A DNA stretch of 64,000 bases, from NCBI GenBank assembly GCA_950097015.1, contig CATNEN010000037.1, positions 1,550,001 to 1,614,000 of the forward strand. The letters run 5' to 3'. Source of the stretch: Macrostomum hystrix. Taxonomy: Eukaryota; Animalia; Platyhelminthes. Shown here piece by piece: positions 12,325-23,383 of this stretch. Made by a program: the position numbers and the translations under genes. Every line of letters begins with the position of its first letter. The first letter of the stretch is position 1. Below the pieces are notes generated by a model, which had not been told where the DNA came from, made no database searches, and saw nothing but the letters and a program-made list of their open reading frames with translations.

Positions 12325-12594
12325 ATGGCTGAGAACTCAGTAGTTGAAATTCGGGTCTTATTAGTTTCCAGCAGCAAGCAGCTGGTCACAATGAGCGTGC
12401 CAACCAGCATGACCGTCATCGAGCTGAAGGAGGAAATCAAGAAGCGAGTCAGCGGCAAACTGGTCATCAACAATCTGCTGTACAAAGCAGTGGTGCCAAT
12501 GCTGGACATTCGCCAGATTAGCGACTATCTGAGGTATTCGCCAGGCACCATCTCCATCGATGTGACTGTTATGGGACACCAGGAGACTGAGTAG
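12325..12594 (+). CDS. Small ubiquitin-like (beta-grasp) protein, 89 aa
   Basis: EIRVLLV...VTMSVPTSMTVIELKEEIKKR...LLY...LDIRQISDY aligns by eye with ubiquitin QIFVK...ITLEVEPSDTIENVKAKIQ...LIF...LEDGRTLSDY. No C-terminal GG. Confidence 0.6.
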   Translation: MAENSVVEIRVLLVSSSKQLVTMSVPTSMTVIELKEEIKKRVSGKLVINNLLYKAVVPMLDIRQISDYLRYSPGTISIDVTVMGHQETE

Positions 12595-12734
12595 ACTAAC
12601 TATTGACGCAATGGAACCGCAGTTCTAATTACAAATCAATGACTTATTCTGATTATTGCAAACAAAAAAATGATTACTATGAATATGACTTTTGCCTAAA
12701 TTTTAGACTTTCAGAATCTGAAAATAGTGAAAAT

Positions 12735-13720
12735 CAGACTGAGGATCTGGGAAGATTGGAATCAGACCGAGGATCTGGGAAGATTGGAATCAGACCGAGG
12801 ATCTGGGAAGATTGGAATCAGACTGGGGATCTGGGAAGGTTGAAATTAGACTGGGGATCTGGGAAGATTGGAATCAGACCGAGGATCTGGGAAGATTGGA
12901 ATCAGACCGAGGATCTGGGAAGATTGGAATCAGACCGAGGATCTGGGAAGATTGGAATCAGACTGAGGATCTTGGAAGATTGGAATCAGACTGAGGATCT
13001 TGGAAGATTGGAATCAGACTGAGGATCTGGGAAGATTGGAATCAGACTAGGGATCTGGGAAGATTGGAATCAGACTGAAAATCAGACTGAGGATCTGGGA
13101 AGATTGGAATCAGACTGAGGATCTGGGAAGATTGGAATCAGACTGAGGATCTCTTGGAAGATTGGAATCAGACTGAGGATCTGGGAAGATTGGAATCAGA
13201 CTGAGGATCTGGGAAGATTGGAATCAGACTAGGGATCTGGGAAGATTGGAATCAGACTGAAAATCAGACTGAGGATCTGGGAAGATTGGAATCAGACTGA
13301 GGATCTGGGAAGATTGGAATCAGACTGAGGATCTCTTGGAAGATTGGAATCAGACTAGGGATCTGGGAAGATTGGAATCAGACTGAGGATCTGGGAAGAT
13401 TGGAATCAGACTGAGGATCTTGGAAGATTGGAATCAGACTGAGGATCTTGGAAGATTGGAATCAGACTGAGGATCTTGGAAGATTGGAATCAGACTAGGG
13501 ATCTGGGAAGATTGGAATCAGACTAGGGATCTGGGAAGATTGGAATCAGACTGAGGATCTGGGAAGATTGGAATCAGACTGAGGATCTTGGAAGATTGGA
13601 ATCAGACTGAGGATCTTGGAAGATTGGAATCAGACTGAGGATCTTGGAAGATTGGAATCAGACTAGGGATCTGGGAAGATTGGAATCAGACTGGGGATCT
13701 GGGAAGAGTAGAATCAGACT
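12735..13720. repeat. 28-bp minisatellite (GAGGATCTGGGAAGATTGGAATCAGACT)
   Basis: About 35 tandem units. Confidence 0.97.
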
Positions 13721-14007
13721 GAGGGTCTAAGATTGTGATTATTTACCTGGTAAAATGGGAAGAGCGGGAGGTGATATTTGAGAACTTTCGCAACGAAAAG
13801 TAGTAGAAAAAACTAATAGAAAACTGGCAAAAGCGAACACAGATCGAGTTTGTCCATAATGCAGCGAGACAGCCAGAATTTGGCAAAGACAACAAACAAT
13901 TATTCTAGTCCTTTATCGCCATTTTCAATTGTATTTAGGATACGAAAATGGTCAATAAAACGCTCGTTCTGGACAGTCTGCAGTCCCGCCTTGACCCACT
14001 GGCCCTC

Positions 14008-14439
14008 TCAGCTCCTCGGTCGTTCCTTCTTGCCGCGGAACAGCGCCCATAACGACACGTTGGCTACCTTGACGATCTTGAATCGGACGCCGGGGATGTC
14101 TCCGACGGCGTGGCCGGCGCGGCCGAAGCCGGAGACCAGCACTTCGTCGTTCTCTTCGATGAAATTCAAGCAGCCGTCGTTAGGAACAAAGGCGGTGATT
14201 TTCTTGCCGTTCTTAATCAGCTGGACGCGAACGCACTTTCTGATGGCACTGTTTGGCTGTTTAGCCTCTACGCCGATCTTTTCCACAACAATGCCCTTGG
14301 CGTGCGAGGCGCCACCAAACGGATTGGCCTTCCAGCGGGTGCCCAGATGCGACTTCTTGTAGTCTTTGTCTGCCCAGCGCTGTTCGCGCCTGTGATTGCG
14401 CAGCTTGCGCGCGGTGCGAATACCAGCTGGCTTGCCCAT
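14008..14439 (-). CDS. RPS23: 40S ribosomal protein S23 (uS12)
   Basis: [13 protein letters not shown]...[55 protein letters not shown]...KKERPRS. The CDS is intronless, with an acceptor-like TTCCGCAG 2 nt before the ATG. Confidence 0.98.
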   Translation of the reverse strand: MGKPAGIRTARKLRNHRREQRWADKDYKKSHLGTRWKANPFGGASHAKGIVVEKIGVEAKQPNSAIRKCVRVQLIKNGKKITAFVPNDGCLNFIEENDEVLVSGFGRAGHAVGDIPGVRFKIVKVANVSLWALFRGKKERPRS

Positions 14440-15688
14440 GGCTGCGGAATTTGTGGATTACAAAGGCCTAGGTATTGCTATGCAATAAATGATTTTTTCA
14501 AAACAAATGTTCTAGATAAAAAAACTTCAGCTTGAGGAGCCATGCAAATATATTCTCTTACACATGAAAACAATGTAAAGATTTTTGGCTGATTTACATA
14601 TAGTAAGGATTATCAAAGGTTCTTAGGTCAGAAATTGTCAGAAATCTATATATTTATCTTTGAAGAAAATAAATACATTAAGTAAAAATAAGCTGAAATA
14701 AACATTTCAAAACATAACATTAATGAGCATATAAAACTATTTATTCATTTCTGCATGATATCAGCATTCCATCATAGTATTATTATTATATTAAGTCTTG
14801 TCATGGTAAGACATTCTGTGCTGACAAAGGTTAGCTTAGCCACGTGGTTCTTAGGTAACTCATTTGATAGAGTTTTCATAGAAGTGCATGCTATTTTTAG
14901 CAAATGGGAAGAAGCCCATTATGTGACATCATTATAGCTAATGAGAGAGTGGTCAGGTATTGGATACGAAAATGGTCAATAAAATGCTTGTTCTGGACAG
15001 TTGGCAGTCCCGTTGTGACCCACAAGCCCTCTCAGTTGTTCATGCTTTTCATGACATAATTTGGTATTGTGTTACTCCAATCACCTGATGGCAGGGATAA
15101 AAACAGTTATCAATATATGAGCTTCTTTGATATTTCTTTGATTATGGAGGATGCCATCCACATGGACCCACATTTGCTCTAACAAGGACTTAAGCTGCAT
15201 GCATGGTAAATAAAAACATAATATGCTGCCCCTTCAGAATGTAATCATTTTAGGGCAGATTTTTTTAGAAATGGTCATTGTCCAAAACTGAAATAACACG
15301 GTCCTACTTTGAATAAAGGACAACAAATTGATATAGTTTAGCAAGACAATAATTTCAATAAGAAATCTGCCCCACAATGATTGTCATATGATATATGAGG
15401 TCTAGATTGTTAAATACACTAAATGCTAATTTTCAAAAAAGGTACTGAAACTAGCTAATGCCACCCATGTTGCTTTTGATTGTTTAGAAACTATGTGTAA
15501 TGTTGTTTTATAAATTTCAACTTCAATTCTTAAATAAAACATTTGCAGTGGTGATTATCACTTGACTCAGTGATTGGCATCCAAAAGATTGCCATGAATA
15601 GTTGTATTTACACTGGCCAAAAGTACATCTCTGTATCCTTGGATGACTTTAGGCCTGACTAGTAGAGAAGCAGGTAAAGTGCCATATC

Positions 15689-15996
15689 TATCATACATGC
15701 GCAACCTCCCAAATCTTAGCCAGCCGTGCGACTTAGTTTTTGCTCTATTTATGACTTAGTTTGCTCTCATTTGCAACTTTGTTCGTTTCATTGCTCTATT
15801 TACAACTTAGTTTGCTCTCATTTGCTCTCTTTTTCTCTCCCCTTTTTCCTTTTCTTCACGCCTTCCTTTTTTGTCCCTTGGTCGGATTGGTCCCCCCTTT
15901 GATTTTTTTGCGCTTGGTCAATTGGTTTTTGCGACTTACCTTGCTTGGCCCTTGTTTCACCCGGCCGGTTCAGCTGGGTATTGCGCATGTATGATA
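15689..15996. mobile_element. MITE with TCATACATGCGCAA inverted termini flanked by TA
   Basis: Perfect inverted 16-mers TATCATACATGCGCAA (15689-15704) and TTGCGCATGTATGATA (15981-15996). The outer TA reads as a TA target duplication. The interior is non-coding. Confidence 0.7.
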
Positions 15997-17632
15997 TCTA
16001 TATTATATTATATTAACAAGAGTACTAGCAAGAGCAAGTGGTGCTAAAGTCCCAATATCGAATTCACATTTGTCAGTCATCTAGAGTCTAGACTTCTACT
16101 AGGGCCTATCTGGCTTCTGAGATGCCAAACCAGTTTAGGCCTTAGGCCTACTCTTAAAAAATCTAGGCCTACTTGCATGCTTCACAAGCAGCTTCCTAGG
16201 CCTACTATGTGTAGTGTACATAGGCCTACCTAGCCTGTGGCCAGCCTAGCTACAAGAGTCACTGCTGCCTTGCTGGCAAACACTAAGCCAACCAACCTCA
16301 CCACTCTAGAGCCAAATAAGCTCTAGGCCTAATGAAAACTTTCCTACCAAAACTCCAGCTGCCTATAAATGTACAAAAACAAGCTTTCTATTTAGGCAGT
16401 GCTTATCCCCACGGTACCCTAGAAATAATTTTTGTCTTATTCCTACGGTGATAGGCCTAAGACAAAAATTATTTCCACGGTACCGTGGGGATAAGCACTG
16501 CCTTCTATTTAAGTAGTGTAGCCTAGTCAACCCTACAGGCACGAGGTCTACAGCTATCATGACCATCAGTCAGTAGCCTACTTATGAAAAATCCAACTGA
16601 CCACACTTTTGGCAACCTGATAAGGCTGATATCTGATTTGGTACCAAGACCCTAATTTTAGACCCAATGTGTCAAATGACAGACACCACGACTTTTACCG
16701 TTTTATGGGGAAAAAACCAAGACAGCAAGAGCTTAAAATATTTTTTTACTTAAAAGGTTTACAAATTAGTAGGCCAATGGCTATGGAATGCCCAAAAAAA
16801 TCATAGAAAGTAGGCCTAAGCTGCTTTCAGCAATATTAATGTGTGTATGAGTATATAAATTTCTGTGACTAGTGATGCGTCACATTCTTAGTGATGCTGC
16901 AGGCAGCATTCTTAGTCAAAATAAGGCGCGCGTCAATAACCGAAAACTGTGGTAGAATGGTATTGGTATCAGAGTCGGACAACACTGAACAGTCTCTTGC
17001 TGACTGACTGACGACGAGCCAAGCGTAAAGTGGTCAGAATTCATTCAATTTTTTGCAAAAAGCAGCACTGGCTAAAACAAAACGACTAATTTTTAAAGTT
17101 TTAAACATACAGTTTGCAATGAATATGTGTATTTAATGTAATAACTACGAAATATATGTATATTCTTGAAGTATTGTACATTTAAACGCACTAATATCAA
17201 TGGTAGTCATAAACGTCACAGAAAGTCAGCACATTCTGCTGCGAGACCAAAATTTTAGGCGCTACCCAGAATATTCATATTCTCGAATATTCATTTCTAC
17301 TTCAATTCTTAAATAAAACATTTGTTGTGGTGATTATCACTTGACTCAGTGATTGGCATCCAAAAGATTGCCATGAATAGTTGTATTTACACTAGCCAAA
17401 AGTACACCTCTGTATCCTTGGATGAGTATACTCATTTGTCCGGCTCGCTCAGCGGAGAAAAAATATATTGTGGACCAGACGGGAGCCAGAGATTTAAGTA
17501 AGAGAGATCAAAGACCTTTTAAAAACTCTTATGTCTTTCTCCCTAAAGAGAACATAAACTGTTCTTTTTTATGACGTAGTTTAAATTTAAATTTCTTTTC
17601 TTTTAGGTGATATTGTCATACGCTCGTAAATG

Positions 17633-17695
17633 TAGGACCTAAGGACCACTAGGAGTAGACTCCCCGAGTCTACTCCTAGTGGTCCTTAGGTCCTA
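17633..17695. repeat. Perfect hairpin: 30-bp arms, 3-nt loop
   Basis: TAGGACCTAAGGACCACTAGGAGTAGACTC-CCC-GAGTCTACTCCTAGTGGTCCTTAGGTCCTA. Confidence 0.97.
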
Positions 17696-17734
17696 GACTC
17701 CCCTTAATTTTATATTATTATTACAGCTGTCTCA

Positions 17735-17962
17735 ATTGGGTCATATGTCTAGCGCAGCTTTTGCACGGGCATCTGAAGGCTGCGTACAGCTTTTCAGTCT
17801 ATGGACTGGGGTGACACCACACACACCAATAATTACCCCAGGTGATGCTTAAGTTGGCACAAATTGTTCGAGTGGAGTCGGGAATTGAACCCCGACATTC
17901 AAGTCGTGAGTATGACGCTCTAAGTCTCTAAGTTCGACCCAATCGCGTACTAAGGCTACAAC
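17735..17962 (-). mobile_element. tRNA-derived SINE family B copy
   Basis: The reverse strand reads GTTGTAGCCTT...AGAGCGTCATACTCACGACTTGAATGTCGGGGTTCAATTCCCGACTCCACT...CCCCAGTCCATAGACTGAAAAGCTGTACGCAGCC, matching 20737-21012. Confidence 0.8.
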
Positions 17963-18164
17963 GACTTTGAACTATAACTATAAAATATAGTTATGGTCGC
18001 GTATGAACGCACCATCAAAAGTCCAGCAAACCGAAGAAACTGTGGGTTTGTTCATTCATACAGAAGCTGGTATATTTTTAGGCATCTCGGTCAGAAAAAT
18101 GCATAATTTGAAAAAAATGACGAAAATATAAAAAAAACTTAACATGCACCTGCTAAATTTAAAT

Positions 18165-21100
18165 TTAAGTGGCGGCAGCGGTGGCCGTTGCAGGCACACA
18201 CACCCAGCTGAAGCTTGGCCAGAATGACAGGTCGTCGGCTACATTGTCTGAGGCGCCGCAAAGCAGGTGCACGGAGCCATCGGCGTGGGCCACACTGCGC
18301 ACTGGGTAACCAGGAGGCCAGGTGAACCGGTAGGGCCAGACGCCACTTCTTGTCGAGTCTCTGCTGACCTGGCTGATGCCCACCTGACAGGTGGCCTGCC
18401 AGCGCTGGAAGGTGCGCCTGTGCGAACCAAGGTCAAAGGGATTCGATAAAAGTAAGTGAAAAAATATGGTGAAAAAAGACGATGAAATAATAATGAGACC
18501 ACCTTACTTGCTCACGTAATAACTTGAGCACACGGAAATAGTTAGATAAAACAGCTTGAGCACACGGAAATAGTTAGATAAAACAGCTTGAGCACATGGA
18601 AATGGTTAGATAAAACAGCTTGAGCACACGGAAATAGTTAGATAAAACAGCTTGAGCACACGGAAATAGTTAGATAAAACAGCTTGAGCACACGGAAATA
18701 GTTAGATAAAACAGCTTGAGTACACGGAATGGGTTAGATGGAACAGCTTGAGCACACGGAATGGGTTAGATGGAACAGCTTGAGCACACGGAATGGGTTA
18801 GATGGAACAGCTTGAGCACACGGAATGGGTTAGATGGAACAGCTTGAGCACACGGAATAGTAGACAGAACTACCTCAGGACGGGATACTAAATACTGGGG
18901 CCGGAAACGGACAATTCATTCAGAAAAGTTTATGAGTCCGATTTTAAAAGTTTTCTGCTGACCAGAATTTTACTCGTGGGAGTTTGCTCATGACACGTGA
19001 GCAAAAATTATACCATTATAACCGAAACACTTTATGGACTGATCTGAAACACGTATTTAGTAGTCCCTGAACTACCTGAAGAAAATCCGCTAAGTCCTTA
19101 CCTATCTAACGGTGTAAGATGCTTCCGCTGCTCTCTAAACTGATCAGCGCTGAACATATAGCACCTGGGCCAGTTCACCAGGCTGGCGTACAGAGCGAAC
19201 AGGTCGTCGCAGGCTGACCGCCTGAATAGATACATGGATACGGGCACTGCGGCCCGTTTGCAGTACTGGCGAAATTGTTGAAAGAATTCGTCAGTAAACA
19301 GTCGCTTTGACTCGGCCAGCTTGCCAACAAAGACCAGATGACGTAGGGCCCGACCTCCAAGGGGCAGCTGATTGTCCAGGCCACAGAAAAACTCGGCAAA
19401 GTCTGGTCTCGAGCGCCTGCCATCGACGCCAGGCGGTAGCAGCAGCAGCAGATTGTTGAGATCCAGAACAGCTCCAGGGCGTCGGCCGGTGCGGGTCGTC
19501 TTGTGCCGCAGCCACTGACGAAAGTCGGCCGCCTCGTCTGGATCGGTGCGCCACACTGGCTGTCCGGTAGCCAGGCGCAGTTCCGCCAGGCGTTCGGCCA
19601 AACCGGCCGCGTCGAGCCGGCCGACGTCATCGTCCAGGCTGTTGCTAGCGGCGGAGGCGGCGCCGTAGGACTCGGCCAGGGACCGGTTGCAGCTGGGACA
19701 GCGGCGGTCGGCCGTAGCTTCGACTGTTGTTGACGGCTGAGTGCGAATGAATATGTATTGGTCCGGTTTTTTCAGAGTTGGAGTTTGGCCTTGCAAAGAT
19801 TGAAGCCTATCTTTATTGACTAGCTTTCATCCGATGAAAATACTTCCAGAATTACAAAACATCGACATCGTCGAGATATTCAACGATTCTCGTCGGATTA
19901 TCTGGTGGTAAAAGCCACCAAAAACAGGCATAACTTTTCTGCTCACTAAATTTCACAATGAACGCTAGAGACCATACGGCTATTATTGTTATTGTACAGA
20001 GCGATGTTACAAGTGTCCTTGTCACCAGAGTCTTCGACAAGTATCGCTGAATATTTCGACGATGCTAACTTTCATTCGGCTTGGGAAATATCGTGAAGTA
20101 TGCAGTGGTCTTTCCCAAGGGAGGAAACTAGCGTGGTATTTCTACTGTTAACTGACAAGAAGTCAGCCAGCTCTGGAAACCTCGCATCCAATCTCTAACC
20201 CTGAAAATATCGATCGCTATCCTCGAATCACTGACCGCATCCTCAGCCCGCAGCAGCAGCCGCGCCAACTCTAACGCCCCAGTCGGGCTGAATAGCAGGC
20301 CCAGCCGACAGGCCGGCTCCACTAGCAGCTGGCGAACACCGCCCCAGCTGATTGGCGCGGCGGCGATCTTGGCCACCAGGCTCTCGTCCACATCCCACGG
20401 CCGCCGAAGCGCCAGCGGACTGGCTGTATTCTCACGGCGACGCCGACTCGTGGCATCGAAGTGGGCAAATAGCTGTTCGCGACTGGCAAACCAGTCCGCT
20501 GTTGAGTCAGACGAAGCATCGGTCACGGGTGACGCAATCAGGTCGACAGCGCGGGCATCGTCGAGCAGCTGACGCTGCAGAGAGCGTAGTTTGATAGAGA
20601 GCAGGCGAAGAGCCGCCGGATCTGCCAGATTTTTCAGCGCGTTAAGACAGCGCGCGCTGCTGGGCGCGTCCTGTTTTAGAAGTGAAGCAAAGTCCTCTTT
20701 TGCTAAGTATAAGCATTTTTTCTTCAGGTTTAAAAAGGTTGTAGCCTTGTGGTTAGGGCGTCGGACTCACGACTTGAAGGTCGGGGGTTGGATTCTCGAC
20801 TCCACTGGAACTACTCGTATTTGTGTCCTTGAGCAAGACACCCACCCAGCTGTTAAATGGGTACCAGCATAAGCTGGGGTAGTTGAGGGTGGGTGTGGCG
20901 TCCCCCAGTCCATGGACCGAACAGCTGTACGCAGCCATCAGATGCTTCGCGCAATAGCTGCGGCTGTGCTGTCGGCTGCACTGCACATCTGGCCCAATCG
21001 GGTCAGGTGTAATCAATTCTTATGATTATTTTTTTCGCGGAAGATCACAATATTGAAGATATTTTTTCATACATTATTATTACTATTATTATTATTTATT

Positions 21101-21776
21101 ATTGTAACAATTATTTCTTCAGGGCAGAGCGTACCCACGCGGCTGCGCCCGAAATTAATGCGGCCTCGCTGCGGATTCCAGCTCAGGGACTTTGATACCA
21201 CCAGTTTTCCCAAGGAATAAGATTTGAACTCCCGACCTCTGGATCCGAATTCCAAAGCTCTAAACACTGGGCTAGAAGCCTCCGTAGCGCAATAGAATGA
21301 TGGAACAAGCTGAGGACACTCACAGCAAGCAGTAGGAGATGCGCCTTGGACATGTCAGCCAGGAGTCCCGGGTTGGTGACGGCGAGCTCGGACAGTCCAA
21401 TTTGGATCTCCAGTTCGTCTAGCAGGGATTTGGCCAGTGGGCGGCCAGCATGCTCGAGCAGCCGGCCGGGCCAGGCGTTGCCAAGGCGACCCCAGGCGGC
21501 GTTAGCATCGGCAGATTCGAACAGCTGGCGAAGCTGAGCAAAATCTGCGGCGCACATTGCCGGTTGCTCCGTCGGCGATGTTCGCTGTTTGTTGCCACCG
21601 CTTACAAGCCGACGCAGAGCGGAGTTGGCCGCGCGAACCGGACCGCCGCTAGCGGCTGAGCGCGCCAAGTCATGCTGCAGACGTTGTTGAAGGTCGGCAA
21701 CAAGGCCGCGCCAGTAGCCGGCGTCAATGACGGCCTGGGTAGAGGCGCACTGCCGTGGAATGGCTGCCAGACGGCG
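18165..21776 (-). CDS. PRORP: Mitochondrial protein-only RNase P catalytic subunit (PRORP/MRPP3) orthologue; first exon not located
   Basis: Exons 21776-21324, 20670-20157 (junction to the next exon tentative), 19723-19102 and 18417-18165. Motifs: CPSC, AVLDLNN, LVFVGK, ACDDLFALYASL, FSADQFREQR, RTFQRWQ, VHL, WVC. These match the human MRPP3 motifs CSGC, VVIDGLN, LLVLGRK, EDDPFLLYATL, ITRDLMRDHK, LFFKWQ, WHI, WLC, covering the zinc ligands and NYN aspartates. Confidence 0.8.
18523..18860. repeat. 32-bp minisatellite (CTTGAGCACACGGAAATAGTTAGATAAAACAG) in the last PRORP intron
   Basis: About 10 abutting units; later units switch to ...GAATGGGTTAGATGGAACAG. Confidence 0.95.
20737..21012 (+). 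mobile_element. tRNA-derived SINE family B with a CORE-like central domain
   Basis: tRNA-like head with A/B boxes (TAGCCTTGTGGTTAGGG...GGTTGGATTCTCGACTCC), then GTGTCCTTGAGCAAGACAC...CACCCAGCTGTTAAATGGGTACC, which resembles the MIR/CORE block. Confidence 0.8.
21075..21282 (-). mobile_element. Short tRNA-derived SINE with (AAT)n tail, apparently hybrid
   Basis: Reverse strand: GGCTTCTAGCCCAGTGTTTAGAGC...GAGGTCGGGAGTTCAAATC head, then GAGGCCGCATTAATTTCGGGCGCAGCCGCG (similar to family A), then an AAT tail. Confidence 0.6.
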
Positions 21777-21849
21777 CTGAAGAGAAAATTATTTTAGATG
21801 GATTTTGCACCTGGGTGGTATTTCAAATACCCACTGCCTAATTGACGAT

Positions 21850-22275
21850 AGCTCCGAAATTCCTGACTCGCCGAATTCCCGATTCGCCGAAATTCCTGAC
21901 TCGCCGAATTCCCGATTCGCCGAATCCCAATTCGCGTTTTCCGAAGTACCTGTGATGTTCTAATTTGCTCACTCAATCTACGTTCCAGAAAGTTAAAAAA
22001 AGTTTAGAAGCAAGTTTACAAGTTAATGAATGAAGAAAGTGCATTTCATTTAAGTTAGTTTTTTAATTAATTTCAATACAATAGAAATAGAGTTCCAATA
22101 TTTGACCAACACTCAAAGAGGGCAATGGTTATGTGGTTTAATTTTAATTTATGATAAAGTAAGATGTACTGAATCAGGATTCGAGTCAGGAATTTCGGCG
22201 AATCGGGAATTCGGCGAATCGGGAATTTCGGCGAATCGGGAATCGGCGAATCGGGATTCGGCGAATCGGGAGTAA
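21850..22275. mobile_element. Foldback/MITE-like element with internally repetitive inverted arms
   Basis: CCCGATTCGCCGAA-type units at 21852-21935 and their reverse complements at 22180-22272 flank an AT-rich spacer. Confidence 0.65.
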
Positions 22276-22888
22276 ACCGCAAAAAAAGTATGCCTTTGTT
22301 TGTGCTTCTTGCCACCAGACCCTCCGACGAGAATCGTTGAATATCTCGACAATCCGGATGTTTTGTTATTCTGAGTTGTTTAATCGGATGAAGCGAAAGA
22401 GATATTCCGTGTTCTAGTACTTGAAATACCTCCCCGTTGTCTTTCTACTGTACATATATATTTGTCTTGCTTAGAGCTAATTTCCTAAAATTGCGAATCA
22501 TGTTTAAAGTCAATGTTGCATTTTGATCTTCTCTTTCGTTATCAAATCATTCTATGCATTGTTTAATCGCAGATCTAATCAGAAAGACAGAAACCGTTTT
22601 TAATGAAAATTTTAAGAACGTGTATTTTTTGACGAAAAATATAAATCATGGAGCAGACAACATAGTGTCAAAAATATCACTACTCAGTTATTAGAAAATC
22701 ACAAGCCAAAAAAAGTCATAAAGCCACAAAAAAAGCCTAGCAAATTTGAGTTTGTAAAATCGGAATTATCTATGTTTTAGTGACATAAACAATGAGAAAG
22801 CATAAGTTTTTGCACTCGTATCTACTAGTAGTCTAGTACGCACCAAAATATAGAGAAGCGATTTATATAGCGAGTATAAATAGAAAGC

Positions 22889-23150
22889 TTTTGGCCCAGC
22901 GGTAAGTGCTTTAGACTTCCGACATGGAGGTCGGGAGTTCGAATCTCATTTATGCCATTGGGAGCAAGACCGTCAATTACCTAGTGCTTTAGTTGGGACC
23001 ATTGTAAAATGGGTAACAACATTAGCTACCGCAGAAATTAGGCTGGTTGAGGCGGACTCCACAGTCGATGGACTGAACAGCTGTACACAGCGTTTGGAAG
23101 CTGTGCGCAATAGCTGGCTGTACATCGGACCCGGTAAAATGTAACTTCCA
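22889..23150 (+). mobile_element. tRNA-derived SINE family B, diverged copy
   Basis: TGGCCCAGCGGTAAGTGC...GGAGGTCGGGAGTTCGAATC head; later TGTAAAATGGGTAAC and GATGGACTGAACAGCTGTACACAGC...GCGCAATAGCTG. Confidence 0.75.
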
Positions 23151-23383
23151 TTCTCCATTTTGCATAAATATGAACGTTGTATTCGCTAGAATATTATAAA
23201 TATTTTTAGAACAAATTACACACGATCTTAAAAAGACTCATAAATAAACGAAAGCGTAAAAAATAAGACGAAAGATTTAAAATACGATCGTAACGAAGTA
23301 AAAATATGTCAACCAGCAACGACTTTCAGGTACCTCTGGTGGTCCATTATTTTCTCCTCTTGTGGACAAACCAAAGAGAAATT

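Noticed and set aside
4097-13022. Long ORFs at 4097-5398, 10487-12221 and 12603-13022
   Set aside because: They are translations of tandem repeats, open in several frames with unit periodicity. The same applies to 47178-47988, 48891-49545, 51993-52822 and 54312-54776.
13850-14535. Plus-strand ORFs overlapping RPS23, and similar ORFs opposite the sorcin, P450, LINE and transposase genes
   Set aside because: These are antisense or alternative-frame shadows of GC-rich coding sequence.
15520-15646. Possible snoRNA in the duplicated segment near RPS23
   Set aside because: There is no convincing C/D box pair with a terminal stem, and no H/ACA layout on either strand.
15940-15988. ATG...CAAG|GTAAGT segment that would splice in frame onto RPS23 as a 17-aa extension
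   Set aside because: It lies inside the MITE, with the ATG in the TIR. An in-frame join has a 1-in-3 chance, and RPS23 N-termini are conserved.
18523-18860. 32-bp array with CRISPR-like repeat length
   Set aside because: The units abut with no unique spacers, the array sits in a eukaryotic intron, and there are no cas genes.
20737-20810. tRNA genes at SINE heads (also 22889, 28593, 46257)
   Set aside because: The cloverleaves are degenerate and run into shared multicopy bodies and tails.
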